A DNA stretch of 64,000 nt from Parasitella parasitica NRRL 2501. Lineage: Eukaryota > Fungi > Mucoromycota. A program made the position numbers and the translations under genes. The stretch is from the NCBI GenBank assembly GCA_025201805.1, contig MU619298.1:16647-80646 (forward strand). Reading direction: 5' to 3'. Shown here one piece after another: positions 1 to 11,790 of this stretch (position 1 is the first letter of the stretch; each line of letters starts with the position of its first letter). The notes under the pieces were generated by a model. That model did no database searches, was not told where the DNA came from, and was given only the letters and a program-made list of their open reading frames with translations.

Positions 1-1503
1 GTTCATCTACCTGGCCAGTAGATGAACTGGAGCTTTATACACCTGTCGATTTGATAATAAAACCTATACCTTATCAAGTTGACTTTATTGTTTTTTTATT
101 ATAATTTTTTTCCGTGAATCCGTATAACAATTTATACCGATTCCACAATTACAATCCTGCCCAAAACCATAGTATCAATTTCAATACCAACATATCGAAA
201 TCTCAACTACAATACAAGTGAGAGAATGTTGGATCAAAAAGATAATAAAAAAACCAAAGGTTAACGAGATACGAAAACTAAAGATACTTTATTTAAGATC
301 GAAATTGCATCTGCTATTTATACTTTTTACAACTACATAAATTTATGGTGACTTATTTAGATTACTAATTGACAAGACTAATTCACAGTGACAATCTACT
401 TGACAGGGTACGATATGAGGTTATANNNNNNNNNNNNNNNNNNNNNNNNNNNNNNNNNNNNNNNNNNNNNNNNNNNNNNNNNNNNNNNNNNNNNNNNNNN
501 NNNNNNNNNNNNNNNNNNNNNNNNNNNNNNNNNNNNNNNNNNNNNNNNNNNNNNNNNNNNNNNNNTTGTCATGATCTTCTGTCTATAATTATGGCAGATC
601 AGAGAATGTCAACAAAAGTCATTCTTCGAATAAGCTGTAAAATAAGCATTCTCACTGTAGTGAGGCAATTTTACAAGTAGTATAAATACAAGCTCTCTTA
701 AAGAGCATGTATCTTTTCTTCAGTTTTCTTTTAATCGAAAATAAAGGTGGAAAGACTATAATTGTATTTCTCTGGCTTTATTTTTTTTTATTTTTTTATT
801 TTCACATAAAATTGATCCCAATTTTATTGCAATTACACTAGGGTTCTACTGTCTAACTGCATAATATAAATTATGACTACCCGTAAGACCCTGGGACTGA
901 TCTGCGACGCTGATGTGAGACCTTGCCATGTTATTGATATAACAAAAGATGAGGTTCACATGGAAAGGATGCTAAATATAGGAAGGAAGGTAAAGCTTTC
1001 TTACCAGTTATCAAGGAAGAAGGAGGATAAAGCTATGCAGATGGCGGGGCACGAATAACTGAGTCATTGGGCAGCGCAACGATGTTGGTGACTAAAGTTA
1101 CTCTCCTAAGCGGTATTAGGAGAATGGCCAGGCTTTGGAGGCTACTGAGAGATTTAATTTTTGTAAATTATAATATTATGATTAATGAATTCAACATTGC
1201 ATTTGTTGGGTCAGAGGAAAGATCTGGTAATAAAGGTTGTATTCGACTATCTGTGATGCCAGATACTCGTGTTATGCATATAATATTGAGTTTTTCTTTT
1301 GGGAAGAATGTCTAATTATATCTCATTGGGTGCACGCAATCGTGAGCCTATGCTTGAATAATCGATAAAATTGTTGTGATGGTCTTTTGTGTTAGTGTGG
1401 TCTACATAGTGATACAGAATGTTGTGGAAGAGTGAATTGCTGTTACCGGTTAGCATAGTGTTAGTGGTATTCCGACTATTCGTATAGGACTCAGCTTTAA
1501 TTA

Positions 1504-1665
1504 CAGTGAACGCAGCATCAAATAGCGGGTTTAGAAAAATCAAAGTGCGCTAAATAAATATTCAAAGTGCAGCTTTTTCAGTACTCATTTTGCGGGTTTC
1601 TCAAAACTCAAATTGCGGTTTTTTGGGAAATCAATTTGCAGTTTTCTACGAAATTAAATTGCAGT
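1504..1665 (+). repeat. Left TIR of the Tc1 element, with internal ~22-bp periodic subrepeats
   Basis: Near-perfect reverse complement of 3061-3222. A (A/T)GC(A/G)G-type core recurs about every 21-24 bp. Confidence 0.9.
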
Positions 1666-1709
1666 AACTTTTTTTTTTAAAGAAATATTCTTTCATCTCT
1701 AAAGCTAAC

Positions 1710-3038
1710 ATGAGTACATACTTTTTTTACGAAAACGGACAAGGAAAGATTTTTGACGAACAAGGCAAAGATGCTATGGAATGGGTTGAAGAAGTTGATC
1801 CTTTTCATTTAGAAACTTTAACAACATTGCGAAAATACCAACAGGCTCAGCCATCTGAACAAGAATGGATGAGAGGCGAGCTGGATGAGACAATGAACGA
1901 AGTGGTTTTAAGAACAAAAGAAGAAGGCAACAAAAAAAGCGGAAAAAGCTATAAAATATATTCCCCTGACCAGAAGGTACTTTTTCTGTACTATTTGCAA
2001 GTGAAGTTGTATAAGGCTGCTAAAGCAGCTAGATTGTCGGGTGTAGCTGAGCGTACTGGTCAGCAATGGGCTAAAAGATTGAGGGATGAGCCTGAATGGG
2101 ATATTTTTGAGAAGCAAACGAATAAGGACAAACAAAAGACCGGAATGTTGCAACAAGAGCATAAAGAGCATATTATTAATCTATACGATCAAAGCCCCCA
2201 AGCACGTGTGGTAGATATTGTTGAAAGTTTGACGAAGTCGTTTGAGAATTTCAGTTTGAAAGAAACCAGTGTTCGTAACTTCATGAAAACTGAATGCAAT
2301 TTGTCATTCAAAAGAGCAACATTACATTCTAGTGAACGAAACTTTGAAGATAAACTTCGACAGCGCCTTGAATGGGTAGAGCGCTGGACATCAACTGATA
2401 TGGACTATCTTTCTAATTGTGTTTTTGTGGATGAAAGCGGATTTGACATAAATATGCGTCCACCTTCAGCCTGGTCCACAGTTGGTACACCGGCAATTGT
2501 GGAAACCAAATCGACCAAAGCAACTTCCCATACAATATTGGGTGCTATCAGTGCAATGGGGGTAGTAGACATTGAGCTTAGAGTGGCAGAAAAGCCCAAA
2601 CAACGTAAAATTGACGGTGTTGGAAGAAAAAGAAAGTACACACCAAATGTTAAAAAACCAAAAGGCACCACAACCGGCCACTGTTTAAATTTTATTCGAA
2701 AAACCCTGGATGAAATGGACAAAAACTCTCTTATGAACGGCTTTTATATTGTTATGGACAATGCGCCTATTTATACACATAGTGGTATTGACGAATTGAT
2801 CACTTCAAAAAGCTATAGAAGCATATATCTTCCCCCATATTCACCCGAGCTAAACCCGATTGAGCAATTTTGGTCTGTTGTAAAGAACAAGGTCAAGAGG
2901 GGCACGTTTTCTGATGATGAAGATCTGAAGACAAGAATTGCAGATGCATGCAATAATGTTCCTATTCAACATGTGAAAGCTTTTATACAACACTCATGTA
3001 ATCAATTCGAAAAGTGTAGAAATAAAGAACCTTTATAA
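1710..3038 (+). CDS. Tc1/IS630-family DD34E transposase, 442 aa
   Basis: N-terminal HTH-like region (AAKAARLSGVAERTGQQW). Catalytic motifs FVDESG, VMDNAP and YSPELNPIE, with 34 residues between the second D and the E. Confidence 0.95.
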   Translation: MSTYFFYENGQGKIFDEQGKDAMEWVEEVDPFHLETLTTLRKYQQAQPSEQEWMRGELDETMNEVVLRTKEEGNKKSGKSYKIYSPDQKVLFLYYLQVKLYKAAKAARLSGVAERTGQQWAKRLRDEPEWDIFEKQTNKDKQKTGMLQQEHKEHIINLYDQSPQARVVDIVESLTKSFENFSLKETSVRNFMKTECNLSFKRATLHSSERNFEDKLRQRLEWVERWTSTDMDYLSNCVFVDESGFDINMRPPSAWSTVGTPAIVETKSTKATSHTILGAISAMGVVDIELRVAEKPKQRKIDGVGRKRKYTPNVKKPKGTTTGHCLNFIRKTLDEMDKNSLMNGFYIVMDNAPIYTHSGIDELITSKSYRSIYLPPYSPELNPIEQFWSVVKNKVKRGTFSDDEDLKTRIADACNNVPIQHVKAFIQHSCNQFEKCRNKEPL

Positions 3039-3060
3039 TCATATAAATCCTTTTCGCTTT

Positions 3061-3222
3061 ACCGCTATTTAATTTCACAGAAAACTGCAAATTGATTTCC
3101 CAAAAAACCGCAATTTGATTTTTGAGAAACCCGCAAAATGAGTACTGAAAAAGCCGCACTTTGAATATTTATTTAGCGCACTTTGATTTTTCTAAACCCG
3201 CAATTTGATGCTGCGTTCACTG
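3061..3222 (-). repeat. Right TIR of the Tc1 element
   Basis: Reverse complement of 1504-1665 with only a few mismatches. Confidence 0.9.
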
Positions 3223-3248
3223 TAATCTAATTATGTATAAAATTGGCA

Positions 3249-4788
3249 CTATTTATTGTTTTCAAACATCAAATCTATCTCCTCTAAAGTCTTTCCTTTT
3301 GTTTCAAAAATAAATACAATGCCAACAAATGTCATGACAGAGCAAATGCCAAAAAAGAAATAAACACCCGAGACAGAGTAAGCCATCAAGAACGGCGTGC
3401 AAAAAGTGATTACAATACTGCCAGCCCAGCTGATAGCGTATGTGAGTGATAGCCCTTTTGCACGGCAACGCATACTGAAGATCTCTGCCGTATAGACATA
3501 GGTGGAAACGCCCCAAGTCCCGGCAAATGAGGCAGACAGTGTGTAAATACATAGAATAATTACGTATCTTGCGTATGGGTTTGCAACAACTACAATCGAA
3601 TTATCTGGAGCAATACTAGCGTAAAAATGAAAGATCAATCCAACGGTAAACATGCAGACAGACGATACAGCTGATCCAGTAAAGAATAACACCTTTCTCC
3701 CCCAAATATCGATCCACCATTGGAGAGACAAAGCAGTAAAGATAAGTGACAGTAATCCAACGCCTCCTGTCAATGCCAGAGAAATTGAGACATCGCTTAA
3801 CCCGGCATTTTTGAATATTTGAGGGGAATAGTATGAAATGACGACATTCCCTGTAAAGCATGTGGCGATGGAAATGAAGAATGCATGCAGTGTCCTCTTT
3901 AAATTTAATCCTTGGAATAGCTCTGCATAGGTGCGATCTCGGCCACTTAGTTTTTCGGCCTCAATCAACGTCTTGATGTCTAAATAATCTCTTTGTACGA
4001 CTTCATGCTCTTGTGGTAAATTATGCAGTTTTGACAAGACAGCTAGACCTTCTAAATTTCTTCCTTTATCAATAAGCCACCTGGGAGAATATGGTAGAAA
4101 GCACACAGCAACAGCAAAACCAATGCAAATAGTCAGCTGTATTAGCCAAGGCATACGCCAGCTCCAGTGGGTAGTCAAATGGCTACTTTTGGAAGTTACA
4201 AAATAGCCCACCATCTGACCAAATGCCCCTAAAAGTGAGAATATGCTTATGAGGCGACCACGGATATCTGGTGGTGCTATTTCGGTTTGGTATAGAGGTA
4301 TAACATTAGTCATGAGACCGGTACCTAGGCCGCCTATAAGCCGCCCTAGCAGCAATGTCTGTATATTGAGTCCTAGCAGTTCATAAGAAATTCCCATTAT
4401 GAGAGAACAAGAAGCCAGCAGCATTGACTTCTTTCTTCCAATGCTATCTTTTTATGCGAATTAATCGCTATATCTCTGTGTATTATTAGATGTTTAAATG
4501 TTATTTACCACAACAAAAACCAGAAAAAAAGGCACCGCACATAGATGTTACTAGATATGACGCCAGCAGTATGCTTTGGTAATAAGCCAAAGATCCATGA
4601 ATAAAGAATTTATCTTGGAATATTGGTAGCGTAATGACGCTCGATATAGAGCCTGTGTCGTATCCGCAGATGAGCCCACCTCCTGCGGCTATAATGCTAT
4701 AGACATAGACGAATCGTCTAATGGGTATCGCTGTATCATGCTGTAGTAATGGCGATACCTCCGTAATGGGGTTTATTAACTTTGGCAT
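3249..4788 (-). CDS. MFS sugar porter family transporter (2 exons)
   Basis: GGLICGYDTG in TM1, GRLIGGLGTG, YQTEIAPPDIRG, PYSPRWL, AEIFSMRCRAKG and ETKGKTLEEI sugar-porter motifs. One intron at ~4449-4507. Confidence 0.9.
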
Positions 4789-5067
4789 ATAGAACTGTGT
4801 TATATTTTCTGGATTTACTGACAATATAAACAAGAAAAGTGTGCGCTAGATCACGAAGATGGAATCTCTTAAAAAACCTGCGGAGCCTTAAAGGAAGCTG
4901 ATAATGAGTTTTGAAGATGTATGCAAGCTGGTGCTCTCATGACACACTATACAATTGAAATCGCAATTAAAGTAATTTATTATATACATTAATAATTTGC
5001 AAGGTATAAGAGTATTTATTAGCCTTTTCAAATTATATTCTCAGGTTGGCAAGCAAAAGCAAAATGT

Positions 5068-7833
5068 TTACCAAGGTGCTATAGGCATTCTTTTTCTACC
5101 GTTGGTGGAAATCCCTGTCTCCTTCTTTGGCTTACTTATGGTGACGCCAATTTCATCGCATTTTGATAGAGCCAAACTCAATCGCACTGCCATCCTATAT
5201 TCAAAAGCATATTTTGAGCAAGCTAAAGCCTTCTCCCAGACTTTACGGCTTTTTTCATAATCCTTCAATCCCCAACTTGTTACTCCAGATTCTAATACGA
5301 GAAAAATAGAGATTAGACTTGCTTACAATGCAACTAGACTCTTGGTTTACCCCAATAAGTGAATGGAATAATCCACGTCTCTGACTTTAGTTGGTGTTTA
5401 TGATCCATTATCCAATTGAGATGAGCAATGCTATCACTATGTCGCTTCAATGCATTCAAAATCGATGCTTTGATCAATAAGAGTATAGCTCGCTGATCAT
5501 AGTAATCAGGTGGATTTGCTGCAGGCACCAACTCACGCACTCGGATGTTGTATTCCAATTTCTCTCTTTGGTATATCAATTCTAGCGCGCTCTGAACAAT
5601 CAAAAGACAAGCTTCCAGCGCATTGTTCTGCATCTGATCAAAGATATTCCATATAAGCAAAAGCTCCAGCCCAGGTAAACAAAAGTCCATGTCTTGATAT
5701 CCACTCTTTTGAAAGAATTCGACCTTTTCCTTCACATAGACGTCAATATACGACTTCCTCTGTTGCAATTCTACCAGTCGAGGAACTTCCGCAAATGCCA
5801 AGATACTCTCTGTGCGTTTTCCCAACATACCACGGCAAGCACCGATAAAATACTGACAGAATGCAGGAGAGCAATAATATTTGTCCTGACTCAGCTTTTC
5901 AAAGTAGACTTCTGCTGATATCCAGTCAAGCTGTAGTGCAAAATTGAAGCCGATCTCGTAGTTCCCCATTTGAGACATGGCAGCGTGAGCCCATTCGCCT
6001 CGACTGGAGTCGACAGCAAAGGTGAATGACTGTGTGGATAGCGGCAGGTTTCGTGCAATACGTGATATACGAGCAGCATAAAACAAAAAGAAGCACGAGC
6101 TTGGATGGCTCTTTTGCGCATTGTTCAGACATTCAACGGCCGGCCCCATCAACTCTTTTGCGTAAAGCTGAGGTGCAAATGAAGACAGTATTGAGAAATA
6201 GGTCAAAAGTCTACAAAAGCGCTTTTGATGAGTGCTGATGAATGGCATATCGAGTACAGCACTTACACTAAAGAAGCCAAGGGCGAACGGATACCTCTAC
6301 CTTCAAGACATAACTTCAGCAGTGCGAATCCCAACTGTTTATCACTCTTGAACCCAAGTGACGAGAATATTTTAAGGATTTTTGGCGGAAACGATGATAC
6401 TATTAGATGAACTGTGCCAATGCCAAACTGTATTGCTGAAACTGTATCTCTATCCACATACTTTGTATACTCTTGGCCCATTCGCTTGTATTCCTGCCAC
6501 ACAATCGTATAGCATCCATAGGCTAACGAATATACGCATCAGCACTCCTCATTTATGGCTGCAAAAATAGGTACGTACCTTTTCTCAGATTGAGCCCACA
6601 CTTTAAATATCCAACCGTGTTTTCCTGAGTCATATGCAGCATCCCCATCAATAAACAGCTCTCTGCTTTCACAACATTTGCCCTTAACACACCATTAGGT
6701 AGAAACCGTGGACCTTCGTTGGAGTAGTTAGTATCGTCGTTTTTTATAGTCTCTACAGGAGGGCAGTTGGGGAGTCCGGTTTGATTTGAGGAACTCATGA
6801 CCGATAGATAGGAAGACCATGTGCTCTTGTATGGTTTCTTGACAGAAGCATTCTCAATCTGAATTTTTGCAATATCGTGCGATATTGTAAGAGTATCCAT
6901 TGCTAGCTGAATGTCATCCTCGTTGTAAGTCTATCAATACAATGAATATGTTGCATATTTTCCAACGATTTTGTATGTACCATCATTGCTTTGATAAACG
7001 TCATGGCACCCAACCCAAGTGCATATAATGGATCACTGTATAATGAACCATTAGCTTACCACATCTGCAATTTTTCAGGCAGTGATCAATTACCTGTAAC
7101 TCTTTTTTTGAAACAATGCTTTTGCCTTCAAGAACTTGTTATCAAACATATACTTCATTCCTTTTCGCACCGGCTCGTCTGACATTGGCATCAGTAACTT
7201 GCAGTGTAGATTCAAACCACACATTACACACTTACCTGCATCCTCCTGCTCTCGTGGACCCAAGCAATTGACAGGGACATCCTTGACATTTTTATCCAAA
7301 TTATTCAAGCTGCTATTATACAGCTGTGAATCGATAGGAGTATCCAAATTGTAATCGATGTCCTGTGTATCTGTGTAGCTCGTACGGGTCTCTTTTAGTT
7401 TTGCCTCTGTATTTCCCTGAGTTTTCAGACGTTCCTGTTGTATACCCAGGTTTCGAATGACAATCTCCATTGCTGGCAAATGAACCTTGGCCCTATTCGG
7501 CAGGCCATGGTCGTAATCCATATCGATATCTTCAATATCGTCTTCGTCAAAGTCCGTTTCGCTCTGGCGGTCCAGACTGATCGATGTTGGGAGCGCTCTG
7601 TATGAAGCCGATGATACTGATTCTGTATCGTCGTCTGCTGTTTCTACTTCAATTTGAGCAGCTGCAGTAGTGTCTAAATCCGCGTTTTCTTTAGAAGGAT
7701 CTATATTCCCCATATCGAAGAGTATTTGTGTTGGTTGTTGTGCAGCATCATTCTTGCTTTCGTTGCCATTCAGTGGAATGGATGATGTTGACATGGACTG
7801 CCCTCCATTTTCTTGAGGTATCGATTGAGTCAT
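5068..7833 (-). CDS. IML2/TTC39 (DUF3808)-like TPR protein, multi-exon
   Basis: KAESCLLMGML, GYLKCGLNLRK, AIQFGIGTVHLIVSSFPPKILKIFSSLGF and GIRSPLASL segments typical of the Iml2/TTC39 family. Acidic low-complexity N-terminus. Exons joined by GT-AG introns. Confidence 0.8.
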
Positions 7834-9949
7834 TATGATTATGCAAAACAAAGCAAAGGAAAAAAAAGCGTTCTAGCCGAGGATTGACAGTGTTGGAAGC
7901 ACTTTAAAATAATTTTCCTCCCCCTTCCCCTATTTCTGTTGTAACACCTCATATACTTGAGGAAAATATACTTGCATAAATGAAAAAATTGAAGGAGTCT
8001 TGATATTGTATCGTCGCTCTCCTAATTTGTATGATAATCATTTGATGCTTCAACCCTTTTGTCTCGAATCAATGGTTGTCTTTCTCTCTTATGATCCAGT
8101 CAGCAACCTAATCAAAAGACAAGATACAGAGAATAAAAATACTACCTGAAGAGTACCAAAAGCCTAGATGTTGGCTTTTCCCTAGTCAACTTGGAAAGAG
8201 CCACGGCAAAAATCATAAGGTGCGTATGGTCAAACCTGTTGCACAAAAGATGAAGTTCAAAGTTAGATATCAAGCAACTGAAAGATCTTTTAACTTTTAT
8301 ATACTCATTTACTCATCATTTGTGTACATGTAGAATTAAAAAATCCCTTGGATGTTGTTTCTATGTTACCAGAGATCTACATTGTGATTTTGATCTAAAC
8401 CACACAGCGAGATTACATTTTGTGATAGAAAACCGCCACAAAAACTAACTTGCGCTTCTCTTTACGACTAGGTAAGAAGTCTACTTTTATCATCTGCGTT
8501 AGGAAATGTGCCGGTGACAATCACATTTCTCATACACACCCGTTTAAAAAAATAAGAATCAAAATACAGAACAGTTTAATGTTGAAGCTAATTTACCAAG
8601 AGAGTATTTCTAAAATGTTAAGCATCAAGATGGCTTGGCCCCATGTATCCAAGCTGCCTTTACGTTATCTGTTTATTGCAACATGTAAATATTATGGCAA
8701 CATGTATCTATCAGCTTTTTTTAAAAAGTAAAACATATCAACATTTACGTAAAATAAATAGGGATTAATACGCTTTACTTGAGAGTTTTCTTCGTCTCTT
8801 TTACCAGAGATTTGTTCGTCTTTTTAATATTTTTAGCCACAACCAAGATCTTTTGCAGCAATTTAGCTACATATAGTTCAGTGAACTCACTTTCTTGATG
8901 AGACAAGATATCAATTAAATAACCAAATTAGACATGTTCGTTCGTTTGTTTTAGCAATTCATCTAGCTCTTTGAATTTGATGGATGGCGAACTACTAGTG
9001 TTTGAACAGGGGAATGTGTAACCTAAAGAGCTACAAATCAACCATCGTTTTTTGGGCAATGATCTTGTTGCTAGAAATAATCGATAATAGTATTAAAGCA
9101 AAGCCGTGGATTTTGATATCTTTGTTTTTTCTAAGAAACATGCACTTGCTACGAAAACTTTTGTCTTATACATGAGGATCATGTCTTTGTTAATTTTTCT
9201 TTTTCATGGAATCTCTTGGAATTGTATACGTTGATAGGTACATCAAGCAACGCGTGACACTATTTTTTTTTTCTACTCTTAAAGTACAGTCGCTGCTCCT
9301 CTTTCTTTCCCTCGCTTTACTTCTTTTATTTTTTTCAGTGGGATCGAACAGAAATACATTTAGATCGACCCTCTAAGCATATCAAAGGTAAGTACTAAAT
9401 GCTTGTTTGAACATTTATAAGAGGGACTATTTGTTTATGCCTTTTCTTTCTTTCTTTTGTTTTCGACACCTTTTCTCCCCCTGCACTGTTAGGTCCATCA
9501 TCTTACTTTTAATTTCTTGACCTCAATCTATCATCACACCTGCAAAAGAAGACGCTCGTAAGTGCTGCTTTTTACTGGAGAAACGCGATATAATAGATAC
9601 TTTTTATTATTCTAACAATCTTTTAATCTTTTTTTTGTCAACTTTTTGTCATTATTATCGCGCAATCTATTTCCTATTCATTTCCTTTTTTATTGGTGTG
9701 CTCAATGCTATAACTACTCAAAATCTACTCTACTCTACTCAAACTACCAATTTTAATTATTCAAACATTCATGTTAGTTTTCTCCTCTTTTCTTTTATCT
9801 TTTTCTCTTTTGCAATTTCTCCCAGCATCTCCTTTTTTCAAACATCATATATACTTGACAATAGTTTATTAATTTTCTCCTTGCTTTTCTATTTATTTAG
9901 ATTCAAAAATATCAAAATCAAATGTCAACGACTTTTAGAATCAAACACA

Positions 9950-11591
9950 ATGAAACGCTCGAACGATTCCCAACAACAATCATATCAAGATGACAACAAA
10001 AAACCTCGTTATTCTATTCAAGGCTACAAGTAAGACTTCAATGTGTACTGGAATAGAAAAATAAAAGGACTAATGATTTATCAGTGATGTTTATGCTCAG
10101 TATAGTATGATGCCTCAATATAATCAAGCAAATCCATTTGCACAAGGTGCAGCTTCGTCTGCTGCGTATGGCGGATTTGCTCAACCGAATGCTGCCATGT
10201 ACGCAATGGGCTACGGTAATCCACAATCCATGATGGCTGGCCAATATGGCGGAGCCTACCCGCAATCGTTCAATACTGGTGCTGTTGGTTACGCTGCCGC
10301 TGGTGTTGGTGCTGGAGGCATGATGTCTGCTGAACCTAGCCGTACTATTTACTTGGGCAATGTCAACAAGGACATCGATCCGCACGATATTCTCAAGTGT
10401 GTTCACACTGGCAACATTGATTCATTCCGCGCTGTACCTGAAAAAAACTGCGCCTTCCTGACTTTTGTTGAGCCAGCTAGCGCACAAATGTTTTACCAAG
10501 AATTCCTTACCAAAAAGCTCGTGGCGGGAGAAACAGAGATCAAGGTCGGTTGGGGTAAGCCTAATACTATGCCACATGCCAAGAAGATGTTAATTCAATC
10601 GGGCGCCACACGCAATGTTTACTTGGGTCGCTTGACCGAGGCTGATACTGAAGAAACCATTCGAACTGCAGCAACAGCATTTGGTCCCATCGAGCAAATC
10701 AAACTACTCCGCGAGAAAAATATTGCCTTTATTCACTATCTTAGTATCGCATCCGCTACGAAATGCATCACTGCCTTATCTGCAGACCCAGCTTGGAAAG
10801 ACAAAAAGGTGAATTATGGTAAAGATCAATCTTCGGATATGGTTGACCAATTCAATCCCGTTGGCGCATATGGTAACCCTTATGGAGGTGTTGGAGGTTT
10901 TGCTGGTTTCGATCCCTATGGTATGAACGCTGGATATGCGATGCAAGCCAACACGGGCACAGTTCAGCGTACGCTTTACTTTGGAAATGTTCATCCTGAA
11001 GCAACTTGTGAAGATCTATGCAATATTATCCGAGGCGGTGCATTGTTGCAAATCCGCTTCTTTCCTGAAAAGCATATTGCATTCGTTTCATTCATGGACG
11101 CAGAAACCGCAATGACAGTTTTCAACCACGCAGCTACTACTGGGTTTGTTATTAAGGGAAGAAAGGTCCGTGTTGGCTGGGGCAAACCAAACACCATTCC
11201 TCATCAAGTAGCGATAGCCTTTCAAAATGGAGCAACTCGTAATATTTATATCGGCGGTATCGATGACAAATTTTCTATTGAAAAATTGCGCACAGATTTC
11301 TCTGAATTTGGCGAAGTGGAACTAGTGAATGTCTTTAAGGAAAAAAACTGTGCATTTGTTAATTTTACAAGTATTGCAAACGCAATGAATGCACTTAAAG
11401 GAATCAAAGCAAAGCCTGACTATGCTGATGTCAAGATTAATTATGGTAAAGATCGCTGTAGCAATCCTTGGAAGCTGATGAAAAGAAAAGTAGTAGGCAA
11501 TGTTTCTCCTGGCACTAAGAAACATGAAAGTGATGAGCATGCTGATGATCTGAAGCATTTGAAAGGCAATAACGTTAAAGACGAGTTTTAA
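9950..11591 (+). CDS. Four-RRM RNA-binding protein, Nrd1 (S. pombe)/Mrn1-like
   Basis: Duplicated RRM pairs (SRTIYLGN...KNCAFLTF...IKVGWGK; GATRNVYLG...KVNYGKD). Exon 1 is 9950-10029; intron 10030-10084 joins in frame to the 10107 ORF. Confidence 0.88.
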
Positions 11592-11594
11592 TCA

Positions 11595-11790
11595 GGTTGT
11601 TTTCTACCCTAGTACAGTTGTACTGATTAATTTTGTCAGTTTTAAAAAAATAAATATTGTTAGTAAAAAAATGAATGTCGTTTGGCAAAAGACAAATGTC
11701 ACTAACCTAAGAAAAAATATCTGTTAGCTCAAAAGTACGTGCCTGCATTAAATAACCAGGGCGTTAACCTTGGTGGAAAGTTTCTGTCTT
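11595..11790 (-). ncRNA. Candidate Fanzor omega-RNA (scaffold from the ORF 3' end through the TIR, guide from flanking DNA)
   Basis: Position inferred from known TnpB/Fanzor architecture. Minus-strand hairpins ACCAAGGT-TAAC-GCCCTGGT and GCTAAC-AGA...TCT-TAG-GTTAGT are visible. Boundaries cannot be determined from sequence alone. Confidence 0.4.

Larger units (their letters stand above)
1504..3222 (+). mobile_element. Tc1/mariner (IS630-Tc1, DD34E) DNA transposon, apparently complete and autonomous
   Basis: TIRs of ~160 bp: 1504-~1665 begins CAGTGAACGCAGCATCAAAT and ~3061-3222 ends ATTTGATGCTGCGTTCACTG. TA dinucleotides flank both sides (1502-1503, 3223-3224). One uninterrupted transposase ORF lies inside. 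Confidence 0.95.

Noticed and set aside
873-1500. Short ORFs left of the Tc1 element
   Set aside because: No RT, integrase or other recognisable motif could be identified.
1710-3038. Idea that this transposase is the direct partner of the Fanzor element
   Set aside because: The TIRs share only the terminal CAGT(G) and the subterminal core motifs differ. The elements are 8 kb apart with separate TSDs.
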